A stretch of 64,000 nt of DNA, taken from positions 1,460-65,459 of the forward strand of contig CANQZC010000005.1 of NCBI GenBank assembly GCA_947628235.1, written 5' to 3'. Source of the stretch: an uncultured Bacilli bacterium. GTDB taxonomy: Bacteria; Bacillota_I; Bacilli_A; RF39; UBA660. Below the pieces are notes generated by a model. It saw only the letters and a list, made by a program, of their open reading frames with translations, did not search any database and was not told where the DNA came from. A program made the position numbers and the translations under genes. Positions 55,690 through 64,000 of this stretch are shown piece by piece (position 1 is the stretch's first letter; each line of letters starts with the position of its first letter).

Positions 55690-57480
55690 ATGTGTGGAAT
55701 CGTTGGATATAATGGAAAGGAAAAAGCGATTGAAAAGATTGTGACAGGACTAGAAGCCTTGGAATATCGAGGATATGATTCTGCAGGAATCGCTTATTTT
55801 GAAAAGGATACCATTCAAATTCTAAAGAAAAAAGGAAGAATCTCGGCTTTAAAAGAAATTCTTCCGAAGAAAGATGCACAAGTTGGAATTGGACATACAA
55901 GATGGGCAACACACGGAGAACCGAGTGAACGAAATGCCCACCCTCATCGTTGTGGAAAGTTTACCTTAGTTCATAATGGTATCATCGAAAATTATTTAGA
56001 ATTAAAAAATATTCTACAAGAAAATGGATATTCCTTTCTCTCTGAAACGGATACCGAAGTAGCAGTTGCTTTACTAGATTATCTCTATGAGGAAGAAAAA
56101 GGCGTTTTAAAAACGCTAGAAAAAGCAATGAAAATGTTACGAGGCAGTTATGCCTTTGGAATTCTTTTTGAGGACACTCCAGATACTATCTATGCAATGA
56201 GACATTCTAGTCCATTAATTGTTGCAGAAAAAGAGGGAGAAGAATTTATTGCATCCGATGTTCCTGCTATTCTTTCCTATACACAAGAATATTATCTTTT
56301 AGATGATTTTGATATCGCTATCTTAAAACCAAATAAAATTTCTTTCTATCATGATGGAAAAGAAATTACCAAAGAAAAACTTACTTTTGAAGGAAGTTTA
56401 GAATCTTCTCAAAAAGAAGGATACGAACACTTTATGTTAAAGGAAATTCATGAACAGCCAAGAGTTATTAAAGATACGATAGAGTACTATTTTGATGGAA
56501 CAAAAAATTCTCTCTTTCAAAATTTACCAGATTTAAAAAAATATCAAAAATTTCATATTGTAGCCTGTGGTTCTGCTTATCATACAGGGCTAGTTGCAAA
56601 ATCTTGGATAGAAGAGATTGTCCATCTACCTGTTGATTGTGAAATTGCTTCTGAATATCGTTATAAACAGGTTTTTTATGATTCGAATACCCTCGTCATC
56701 GTCATCTCCCAGTCTGGAGAAACGGCAGATACCTTAGCTTCTTTAAGAAAAGCAAAGAAAGATGGAATCGATACCTTAGCGATTGTCAATGTCATTGGTT
56801 CTTCTATCGCTAGAGAAGCTGATCAAGTATTATATATTAAAGCAGGATGTGAGATTGCGGTCGCTACCACCAAAGCCTATTCTGCTCAATTAGCGCTTCT
56901 TAGTCTTCTCACTTTAAAACTAGCGTTAATTCATGAGACAATTCGGGAAGATGAATTCTTAGAGATTCGGAAACAGATAGAAACATTACCACAACAAATG
57001 GAGAAGTTAATAGCAAATCCTCAATATCAAAAAATCGCTTCGACGATTTATGAACGCGATGATATCTTCTATCTTGGTAGAAAACTAGATTACGCTATCA
57101 GTATGGAAGGTGCCTTAAAATTAAAAGAAATCTCTTATATCAATTGTGTTGCCTATCCTGCTGGGGAATTAAAACATGGAACCATCTCTCTAGTAGAACA
57201 AAAAACTCCTGTTATTGGAATTCTCACTGTTTCTGAGATTCAAGAAAAAACAATTAGTAACTTAAAAGAGACGGCTGCGCGGGGTGCGTATCTTATTCTA
57301 ATTAGTAATGAAGAAATCAAAGAAGGAAATGAACTCATTCTCCTTCCTAACATTCACCCTTTATTAGAACCAATTCTAGCGATTATCCCCCTTCAACTCC
57401 TTGCCTATGAAATTGCCAAATTACGAGGCTGTGACATTGATAAACCAAGAAATTTAGCAAAATCAGTAACTGTAGAATAA
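55690..57480 (+). CDS. glmS: glutamine--fructose-6-phosphate aminotransferase
   Basis: MCGIVGY N-terminal nucleophile, two SIS domains, and a C-terminal KPRNLAKSVTVE. Confidence 0.95.
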   Translation: MCGIVGYNGKEKAIEKIVTGLEALEYRGYDSAGIAYFEKDTIQILKKKGRISALKEILPKKDAQVGIGHTRWATHGEPSERNAHPHRCGKFTLVHNGIIENYLELKNILQENGYSFLSETDTEVAVALLDYLYEEEKGVLKTLEKAMKMLRGSYAFGILFEDTPDTIYAMRHSSPLIVAEKEGEEFIASDVPAILSYTQEYYLLDDFDIAILKPNKISFYHDGKEITKEKLTFEGSLESSQKEGYEHFMLKEIHEQPRVIKDTIEYYFDGTKNSLFQNLPDLKKYQKFHIVACGSAYHTGLVAKSWIEEIVHLPVDCEIASEYRYKQVFYDSNTLVIVISQSGETADTLASLRKAKKDGIDTLAIVNVIGSSIAREADQVLYIKAGCEIAVATTKAYSAQLALLSLLTLKLALIHETIREDEFLEIRKQIETLPQQMEKLIANPQYQKIASTIYERDDIFYLGRKLDYAISMEGALKLKEISYINCVAYPAGELKHGTISLVEQKTPVIGILTVSEIQEKTISNLKETAARGAYLILISNEEIKEGNELILLPNIHPLLEPILAIIPLQLLAYEIAKLRGCDIDKPRNLAKSVTVE

Positions 57481-57507
57481 AAAAAGATGAAAATTCATCT
57501 TTTTTCT
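57480..57507. terminator. bidirectional intrinsic terminator
   Basis: A-run, AAGAUGA-AAAU-UCAUCUU, then a U-run, between convergent glmS and the lipoprotein gene. Confidence 0.8.
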
Positions 57508-57509
57508 TT

Positions 57510-58013
57510 TTATTTTAAGTTTACAGTAAAGAATGGAGTTCCGTTGTGAAGTAAATCAGCATAAAGAGAAATACTAGATGCTGTAGTGCTTTTTGGAATT
57601 TGGAAATAAACCGTTCCACTTACAGTTTGTCCGGCTGCTAAGGTACCTGCTGATAAAGCAGAATTTGAAAGCATAACTTCTGGAATATATTGTTTTCCAT
57701 CAGATGCTACTAAAGCAAAGTTTCTACTACTATATTCTACACTAGCATTCGAAGTATTTTTAATCTCTACCGTAACAACAGCGTATTGATTTCCTTCCTC
57801 TGGAATATTGATACCACTTCCGGCATCATAAGTTAGATTAGAAAGTTTGTATTCTGCACCATTACTGGTAATTGTTTGATTTAAACTATAAGTTGACACA
57901 TTAGAACCTCCTCCACTTTGAGAACCTTCCTCGTTCTCACTCTCTTTACTTCCACAAGCAGTTACTCCTAAAATAGTAACTAAACATAAAACTAAAATCG
58001 CAAATTTTTTCAT
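57510..58013 (-). CDS. lipoprotein, DUF4352-like
   Basis: Lipobox LGVTAC|GS. A beta-sandwich-like segment YAVVTVEIKNTSNASVEYSSRNFALVASDGKQY is typical of DUF4352. Confidence 0.7.
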   Translation of the reverse strand: MKKFAILVLCLVTILGVTACGSKESENEEGSQSGGGSNVSTYSLNQTITSNGAEYKLSNLTYDAGSGINIPEEGNQYAVVTVEIKNTSNASVEYSSRNFALVASDGKQYIPEVMLSNSALSAGTLAAGQTVSGTVYFQIPKSTTASSISLYADLLHNGTPFFTVNLK

Positions 58014-58104
58014 TTTTTTCTCCTCCTATTTTTCATATTACCATAGAAATGTTAGAAAACAAGAAAATTTGCAAAAAGAAATTTTTGGAGCTGTCAAAGA
58101 GTGT

Positions 58105-58130
58105 AAAAAAGAACTCTCTTAAGAGTTCTT
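58105..58130 (-). terminator. intrinsic terminator downstream of the 320-aa gene
   Basis: Minus strand reads AAGAACUCU-UAAG-AGAGUUCUU followed by U6. Confidence 0.7.
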
Positions 58131-58251
58131 CTCTAATTCTTCTAATACTTGTCTTTTCTCTTCGATTCGTCTTTTTGTTTCTTCTACTTCTTGTTGAAGG
58201 CGAAGATTTTCTTCCTCTAAAAGTTGGAGTTCTTCTTCGACAGCTTTTTCT

Positions 58252-59214
58252 TTATTCATAAACTTTCTCCTTAATTTCCTCTAAAGTAGGAGTTTCCAAC
58301 GCTTTTAAAACTTCTTCTATCTTTTGAGAAAGTTCCCCTTCCTGCTCTTTTAAAGCAGCGAGTTCTAAAGTAAGAGATTGATACTTTCGTAACAATTCTT
58401 CTTTCCTCATTCCATAAAATTCACTCTTAGGAAGTTCTAAAGAAACTCCGATTGCAGTAGCTATTTCTTCAAATTTGATAGGAACACAATAGCCATTCAT
58501 TCTTTCTTTTCTTAAATTAGCAATCGTCTTAAAAGAACGAATCGCATGATACCAATAAATATCTTCTTGATTCATGAACCAACAAACACTGGATTGATCA
58601 ACTACTTCTTTGAAAGAAGATTCAATAATGTTTCTTCTCTCTTCTAAACTTAATTCTTCCATAAAGGAAAAACCAAGTTGATGAAACTCTGATAAAATTT
58701 TATATCTTCCTACTTCTCCTAAACGGAAATCTCCGATTCCATAACAAGATAAATCTAATAAAGTAATTACATCTTCTCTTCTTAAGGCTTGGATAGTTCT
58801 CGTATTTAAACCGATATCCCAAATTGTCATATCTCTTGCTTTTTCCTGATCTTCTTTAGAAAAAATAGAACTCATCTTCGTAAGTGGTCTTTTCTTTCTA
58901 GAAGGAATTGTATATACCATAAAACGAATATCTTCTCCTAGGGTAAGTACCATTTGACAAGCAGATTGATAAGTAATTCCAAAAGAACGAGCAATACTTT
59001 TGGCATCTTGCCATATTCCGGCATCATAAACCCCAAACATTTTTCTTAAAACTTCTGTTCTTTTTGGTGTTAATACCCCTACTTTTTCTTTGGTAGAAAA
59101 AAGATCTTCTGCTAGTTTTTCAGTCTCTTTTTGATAATACTCTAAATCTTCTACTTCTCCTACATATTTCTCTAAAAATAATTGAACTATTCTTCTCTTA
59201 TTCTCTTCTTGCAT
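58252..59214 (-). CDS. hypothetical protein with sigma-70 region-4-like HTH and RNAP alpha-CTD-like helix-hairpin-helix segment
   Basis: 320 aa. LTPKRTEVLRKMFGV...KSIARSFGITYQSACQMV resembles sigma region 4. GLNTRTIQALRREDVITLLDL resembles the alpha-CTD HhH. The C-terminus is a coiled coil. Confidence 0.5.
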   Translation of the reverse strand: MQEENKRRIVQLFLEKYVGEVEDLEYYQKETEKLAEDLFSTKEKVGVLTPKRTEVLRKMFGVYDAGIWQDAKSIARSFGITYQSACQMVLTLGEDIRFMVYTIPSRKKRPLTKMSSIFSKEDQEKARDMTIWDIGLNTRTIQALRREDVITLLDLSCYGIGDFRLGEVGRYKILSEFHQLGFSFMEELSLEERRNIIESSFKEVVDQSSVCWFMNQEDIYWYHAIRSFKTIANLRKERMNGYCVPIKFEEIATAIGVSLELPKSEFYGMRKEELLRKYQSLTLELAALKEQEGELSQKIEEVLKALETPTLEEIKEKVYE

Positions 59215-59280
59215 AAATCCCCCTTGAATTCAAACAGTTTCGATTATATCAAAGGGAAAGAAAAAAAGCAACTTCTCACT

Positions 59281-59302
59281 AAAAAAGCACCGTTTGGTGC
59301 TT
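59281..59302 (-). terminator. intrinsic terminator of the gatCAB-asnS-aspS2 operon
   Basis: Minus strand reads AAGCACC-AAAC-GGUGCUU followed by U5-6. Confidence 0.85.
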
Positions 59303-59306
59303 CTTG

Positions 59307-61049
59307 TTATCTTATCTTAATATGTACCTCTCTTAACTGTTGTTCCGTAAGTTCGCTAGGACATCCCATTAAAGCATCTTGACCACTTACACTCATTGGA
59401 AAAGCCTGTACTTCTCTTAAGTTTTTTTCATCTCTTAAAAGCATTAACATACGATCAATTCCCGGAGCCATTCCTGCATGTGGAGGAACGCCATATTGGA
59501 AAGCATGATATAAAGAACGGAATTTTTCTTCGACAACGGTATCTTCATATCCTACTAAAGAGAAGGCTTTCTTTAAAGAGTCAATGCGATGATTACGAAC
59601 AGCACCACTAGCCATCTCGTAGCCATTACATACAAAGTCATATTGATAAGCTAGAATCTCTTCGATTGGTTCTTCTTCTAAGGCTTTTAATCCCCCTTTA
59701 GGCATACTAAATGGGTTATGACAAAAGTCGTATTTCTTCGTGGTATCATCATATTCAAACATTGGAAAGTCATTGATAATACAAAATTCATAAACATTTG
59801 GATCAATCAGACCTAATTGATTTCCAAGATAAGTTCTAATGAGGCCCGCTTGTTTAGCAGCCGTCTTCTCTTGTCTATCCGCAATAAAGAAGATAACGCT
59901 TCCCTCTTTTAAAGAAGCTTTTTCTACTAAGCTCTTTCGATCCTCGGCCGTTAAGAATTTATCGATAGGTCCTTTCCAAGTGTTTTTATCAAAGATACTT
60001 AAATATCCAATTCCTGGCATACCGATAGATTTGGCATACTCTACTATCTCATTGAACCAACTATTGGGTCTATTCGCAATATTAGAAACAGCAATCGCTC
60101 TAACGAATGAGCCACGGAATGGTTTAAATTCACTAGTTAAGAAAACATCACTAACATCGATAATTTCTAGTGGGTTTCGTAAATCGGGTTTATCAGTTCC
60201 ATATTTTAACATAGCTTCTTGATAGGAAATTCTTCGAAATGGTCTTGGACTTACTTTTCTATCACTAAAATGCGTGAATGTATCATAGAAGATTTCTTCC
60301 CCTACTTCGTAGACATCTTCTTCTTCGACAAAGGCCATTTCAAAATCTAATTGATAGAATTCTAGGGTTCTATCACTCCTACAATCTTCATCCCGAAAGC
60401 AAGGCGCTATTTGATAATATTTATCAAAGCCACTTACCATAAGAAGTTCTTTATAAACTTGAGGAGCTTGTGGTAGCGCATAGAACTTTCCATGAAATTT
60501 TCGCGAAGGAATGACAAAGTCACGAGCTCCTTCAGGACTAGATGCAGTAATAATTGGTGTCTCTACTTCTGTAAATCCTAAATGATCCATTTTATTTCGC
60601 AAGTATTTTAAAAGTTCACTTCGTAATTTCATATTGCTATGAACTTTTTCATTTCGTAAATCTAAGTAACGATACTTTAGACGAATCTCTTCAGATACAC
60701 TAGGAGAAGTCATTACCTCAAAAGGGAGTTCGGAAGGAGCTGCTCCTAATACCTCTAAGGTAGTCACTAAAATTTCTACTTTTCCTGTTTTTAATCTTGG
60801 GTTATAGTCATCTTCACTTCTTTCCCGAACCGTTCCTAAAACAGTAACGGAAGATTCTTTGGTAAGATGAAGAAACATAGTATCATCATTACTTACGATT
60901 TGAACAACTCCAGATTCATCTCGAATATCTACGAAAATAACGCCACCGTGATCACGAATATTCTCTACCCATCCTGCTATTCTAACTTCTTTTGAAACTT
61001 CTTTGAAAGAAACATCTCCACAGTAAATCGTTCTATATTTCTTGTTCAT
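59307..61049 (-). CDS. aspS: aspartate--tRNA ligase, second divergent copy
   Basis: 580 aa of bacterial type. It has an N-terminal OB fold, LRLKYRYLDLR, FYALPQAPQVYKELLM, motif 2 FRDEDCRSDRTLEFYQLDFEM, a GAD-like insertion, and motif 3 GMAPGIDRMLMLL. Confidence 0.85.
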   Translation of the reverse strand: MNKKYRTIYCGDVSFKEVSKEVRIAGWVENIRDHGGVIFVDIRDESGVVQIVSNDDTMFLHLTKESSVTVLGTVRERSEDDYNPRLKTGKVEILVTTLEVLGAAPSELPFEVMTSPSVSEEIRLKYRYLDLRNEKVHSNMKLRSELLKYLRNKMDHLGFTEVETPIITASSPEGARDFVIPSRKFHGKFYALPQAPQVYKELLMVSGFDKYYQIAPCFRDEDCRSDRTLEFYQLDFEMAFVEEEDVYEVGEEIFYDTFTHFSDRKVSPRPFRRISYQEAMLKYGTDKPDLRNPLEIIDVSDVFLTSEFKPFRGSFVRAIAVSNIANRPNSWFNEIVEYAKSIGMPGIGYLSIFDKNTWKGPIDKFLTAEDRKSLVEKASLKEGSVIFFIADRQEKTAAKQAGLIRTYLGNQLGLIDPNVYEFCIINDFPMFEYDDTTKKYDFCHNPFSMPKGGLKALEEEPIEEILAYQYDFVCNGYEMASGAVRNHRIDSLKKAFSLVGYEDTVVEEKFRSLYHAFQYGVPPHAGMAPGIDRMLMLLRDEKNLREVQAFPMSVSGQDALMGCPSELTEQQLREVHIKIR

Positions 61050-61067
61050 CTTATCACCTCTTATTTT

Positions 61068-62447
61068 TTAAAATTCACAATTATTTGGCGTTCTTGGATA
61101 AGGAATAACATCGCGAATATTCTCTACTCCTGTTAAGTAGATTAATAATCTTTCAAATCCCATACCAAAGCCAGAATGAACACATCCTCCATATTTTCTT
61201 AGGTTTAAATACCATTCTAACCCTTCTCTTGACATATTCATCTCTTGCATTCTTGTTACTAACTTTTCATAATTCTCTTCTCTTTGGGATCCACCCATTA
61301 ATTCTCCTGCTCCTGGAACTTCTAAGTCAACCGCAGCGACCGTCTTTCCATCAGGATTCTGTTTCATATAAAAAGCTTTAATATCTTTTGGCCAGTTCTT
61401 AATAAATACTGGTCCGTGGAAATATTCTGTAATATATTTTTCATGTTCTTTGGCAATATCTTCGCCATATTCTGGTTCAAACTCCCATTTTACATCCGCT
61501 TCTTTTAAGATTTTAATTACCTCTTCATGATCAATTCTCGTAAAATGGCTATGGACTAAGGTAGTTAATTTTTCTTTCAATCCCTTCTCGACAAATTCAT
61601 CAAAGAAGTTCATTTCTAATGGACATTTCTCTAATACATAAGATACGATATATTTCAACATATCTTCCATAATATCCATATCTTCTTCTAGGTCACAGAA
61701 GGCAATTTCTGGTTCAATCATCCAAAATTCAGAAGCATGTGTTTTCGTATTAGAATTCTCTGCTCGGAAAGTAGGACCAAATGTATAAGTCTTTTTATAA
61801 GCAAGAGCGAATGTCTCGGCTTGTAATTGTCCAGATACAGTAAGCGCTGCTTTCTTTCCAAAGAAATCTTTTTCATAATCAACAGTACCTAAAGACGCTA
61901 CTTTCTCTAAATCTAGGGTGGTTACTTGAAACATTTCCCCTGCTCCTTCACAGTCACTAGCTGTAATTAATGGGGCATGAAAATAGACATAACCACGCTC
62001 TTGAAAGTAGGTATGGATAGCTTGCGCAGCAACACTACGAACCCGAAAGACAGCTTGGAATAAATTCGTTCTGGGACGAAGATACGCATTCTCTCGTAAA
62101 AATTCTCTCGTATGCCGTTTTGGTTGAATCGGATAATCTTCGGGAGCATCTCCCTCTAAAGTAAGAGATTGAAGTTGTAACTCCATCGCTTGCCCCTCTT
62201 TGGGAGAAGGAATCAATTTTCCTGTTGCCGTAATCGCACTTCCAATATGAAGTTTAGAAATTTCTTCAAAATTTGGTAATTGATTATCGTAGACAATTTG
62301 TAAATGTTGAAAAGAAGTTCCATCACTAAAATCAATAAATCCAAACTCTTTTTGTTTTCGATGATTTCTAATCCATCCTTGAACTGTAATCTCTTGATGG
62401 AGATATTTTTCTTCCTCTTCTACAATTTCTCTTATATCTAGTTTCAT
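61068..62447 (-). CDS. asnS: asparagine--tRNA ligase
   Basis: 459 aa with FGPTFRAENSNTKTHASEFWMIEPE and GFGMGFERLLIYLTG. Confidence 0.95.
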   Translation of the reverse strand: MKLDIREIVEEEEKYLHQEITVQGWIRNHRKQKEFGFIDFSDGTSFQHLQIVYDNQLPNFEEISKLHIGSAITATGKLIPSPKEGQAMELQLQSLTLEGDAPEDYPIQPKRHTREFLRENAYLRPRTNLFQAVFRVRSVAAQAIHTYFQERGYVYFHAPLITASDCEGAGEMFQVTTLDLEKVASLGTVDYEKDFFGKKAALTVSGQLQAETFALAYKKTYTFGPTFRAENSNTKTHASEFWMIEPEIAFCDLEEDMDIMEDMLKYIVSYVLEKCPLEMNFFDEFVEKGLKEKLTTLVHSHFTRIDHEEVIKILKEADVKWEFEPEYGEDIAKEHEKYITEYFHGPVFIKNWPKDIKAFYMKQNPDGKTVAAVDLEVPGAGELMGGSQREENYEKLVTRMQEMNMSREGLEWYLNLRKYGGCVHSGFGMGFERLLIYLTGVENIRDVIPYPRTPNNCEF

Positions 62448-62449
62448 AA

Positions 62450-63907
62450 TTACCTCTTATCTATCTCTTCATGAATAATCTGCGCTGTTAAACTTGGATT
62501 GGCTTGTCCACGAGTCGCTTTCATAACTTGTCCGACAAAGAAGTCAAATGTATTCTTTCCTTTTCTATGATCTTCAATTAAATCTGGATGCTCATCTAGT
62601 ACTTTGACAACAATATCACGAATGGTTTTATCATCAGAAATCTGAGTAAGACCTAATTTCTTAACAATCTCTTTTGGTTCTCTCTTCTCTTCTAATACCG
62701 TATTTAAAACTTCTTTACTCTGTTTCGAAGAAATTTTTCCATCACGAACCATGTCCATAATATCTACTAACATTCTAGGTGTTAAGTAGAGGTCTTTTAT
62801 CTCCATTTCCTCTTTATTTAAATATCCTAAAATGACACTCGTAATCCAGTTCGCAGCGCCTTTTGGATCTGCTCCCAAAGAAATGGTTTCTTCATAGTAA
62901 TCAGATACTGGTTTTTCTTTGATTAATACTTTCGCATCATATTCTGAAAGACTATATTCAGATTGATAAATCTCTTTTCTTTCACTCGCTAATTTGGGAA
63001 TACTTTTACGAATAGACTCTTTCCATTCTTCACTAATTCGATACTTTGGAATATTTGGTTCTACAAAGTAACGATAGTCAATCGCATCTACTTTACTTCT
63101 CATATAGATAGTCGTAAAAGTATCTTCATCCCAACGGCGTGTTTGTTGTTCCATCTCATCGTAAGTTCCCTCTTCTTTAAGAGCAATTTGACGATCAATT
63201 TCATAGTTAATCGCATCTCTAACACCACCAAAAGAGTTTACATTTTTAATTTCTACTTTGGTTCCCCAGTTTTTTGGGTCTTTTGGATCTTTTCCTTTTT
63301 CCATGATAGAGACATTGACATCACAACGGATTTGTCCTTTTCTACTATCTGCATCACTAATTTCGGCATACTGATAAATAGATCTCATCGTCTCTAAGAA
63401 CGCAACCGCTTCTTCGGCAGAATGCATATCTGGTTCAGTAACTAGTTCCAAAAGAGGAACGCCCGCACGGTTATAATCAATAGTAGAAAAACTAGGATAG
63501 TGATCTAGGCTAGCAGCATCTTCCTCAAGATGGATGTTATTGATACGAACCGTTTTCTTTTCGCCATTAAAATCATAAGTTAAAGAGCCATAAATTCCAA
63601 CAGGAATCGGTTTTGTCTCTTGGGTAATTTGAAAGTTCTTAGGCATATCTGGATAGTAGTAATTCTTTCTTTCAAAATACATGTATTCTGGTTGTTGACA
63701 TCCTAAAATCATACTTGCTTTCAGAGCCATTTCTACCGCCTTTTTATTGACAACAGGTAATGTTCCTGGAAATCCCATATCGAGTGGTCGAATAAAGGAA
63801 TTCGCTTCTTCACTATACCCATTTCTCGCGCTAGAGAAAACTTTGGTTTTGGTCTTACTAATTTCACAGTGCATTTCAAGACCGATTAATACTTGATAAT
63901 CTTCCAT
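62450..63907 (-). CDS. gatB: Asp-tRNA(Asn)/Glu-tRNA(Gln) amidotransferase subunit B
   Basis: 485 aa with IGLEMHCEI, NRAGVPLLELVTEPD, and a C-terminal YqeY/GatB domain. Confidence 0.95.
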   Translation of the reverse strand: MEDYQVLIGLEMHCEISKTKTKVFSSARNGYSEEANSFIRPLDMGFPGTLPVVNKKAVEMALKASMILGCQQPEYMYFERKNYYYPDMPKNFQITQETKPIPVGIYGSLTYDFNGEKKTVRINNIHLEEDAASLDHYPSFSTIDYNRAGVPLLELVTEPDMHSAEEAVAFLETMRSIYQYAEISDADSRKGQIRCDVNVSIMEKGKDPKDPKNWGTKVEIKNVNSFGGVRDAINYEIDRQIALKEEGTYDEMEQQTRRWDEDTFTTIYMRSKVDAIDYRYFVEPNIPKYRISEEWKESIRKSIPKLASERKEIYQSEYSLSEYDAKVLIKEKPVSDYYEETISLGADPKGAANWITSVILGYLNKEEMEIKDLYLTPRMLVDIMDMVRDGKISSKQSKEVLNTVLEEKREPKEIVKKLGLTQISDDKTIRDIVVKVLDEHPDLIEDHRKGKNTFDFFVGQVMKATRGQANPSLTAQIIHEEIDKR

Positions 63908-64000
63908 TAGTTTTCCTCCTTTGCTACTTGATTTTTATAAGGCATCGTACTTTCTAAAGCATATGCAATATTTAATACTTTCGAATCTTCATAACAGTTT
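63907..64000 (-). CDS. gatA: amidotransferase subunit A, C-terminal end (gene runs off the window)
   Basis: My own translation gives ...NCYEDSKVLNIAYALESTMPYKNQVAKEEN*. Its TAA overlaps the gatB ATG (TAATG). The assignment rests on position upstream of gatB. Confidence 0.65.
   Translation of the reverse strand, partial: NCYEDSKVLNIAYALESTMPYKNQVAKEEN

Noticed and set aside
1633-59611. The track lists many ORFs of 60-197 aa lying antisense to, or overlapping, long well-supported genes. Examples are 1633-1863, 3005-3205, 4865-5251, 8758-9078, 9811-10404, 10462-10752, 12864-13303, 13939-14217, 15163-15621, 15952-16212, 18910-19224, 23051-23797, 24652-25350, 26146-26415, 28949-29317, 30395-30598, 31906-32978, 39424-39723, 39914-40696, 41000-41245, 41499-41998, 44986-45174, 45892-46229, 48507-48749, 49201-49407, 50747-51037, 51780-51962, 54319-54507, 59182-60222, 61967-62149 and 63143-63397.
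   Set aside because: These are shadow ORFs, as expected in AT-rich DNA. They have low-complexity or odd composition and no RBS. Each is fully embedded in a gene with strong family motifs on the other strand or frame.
1-64000. I scanned for CRISPR arrays, IS elements, transposases, integrases, phage genes, toxin-antitoxin pairs and restriction-modification or other defence systems.
   Set aside because: I saw no direct-repeat/spacer arrays, no DDE or tyrosine/serine recombinase-like ORFs, no inverted terminal repeats flanking any block, and no small paired ORFs with TA character. The only sizeable DNA repeats are the paralog-derived blocks reported above.

Overview
AT-rich (about one-third G+C by eye) chromosomal segment from a low-GC Gram-positive bacterium (Bacillota). 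It is densely coding and about 85% of genes are on the minus strand. Most of it is housekeeping, in blocks syntenic with Bacillus subtilis: spoVB-like/comN-like/secDF, relA-dtd, hisS-[T-box]-aspS, ylbD/ylbE/rsmD, ylbL, ylbJ-like, trmK-sigA-dnaG, comEA-comEC, glmS, and gatA-gatB-asnS-aspS2. Three envelope or surface regions interrupt this core. (1) 13.5-23 kb is a glycopolymer cluster: TagGH-like ABC exporter, GtrB-like GT2, two tandem GT-C-like paralogs, an SGNH hydrolase, a GtrA-like flippase and TagO/WecA. (2) 24-27.4 kb holds a membrane-anchored cohesin protein next to a dockerin-bearing glucosaminidase. (3) 36.7-42.4 kb holds four membrane-anchored or lipoprotein genes built from an unrecognised short repeat (APDGTxWxSExEY), interleaved with the YlbL protease. 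A type IV pilus/competence pseudopilus system is split over two loci (33.2-34.1 kb and 43.4-49 kb). The most unusual feature is an ORF-free, relatively GC-rich unit of about 600 nt at 19.8-20.4 kb on the minus strand. It has a near-consensus promoter, an intrinsic terminator and many stable helices, and I read it as a large structured ncRNA that I cannot assign to a known class by eye. I saw no rRNA, tRNA, CRISPR array, transposase, integrase or prophage signature. All protein family calls come from motif recognition in the supplied translations, not from database searches.
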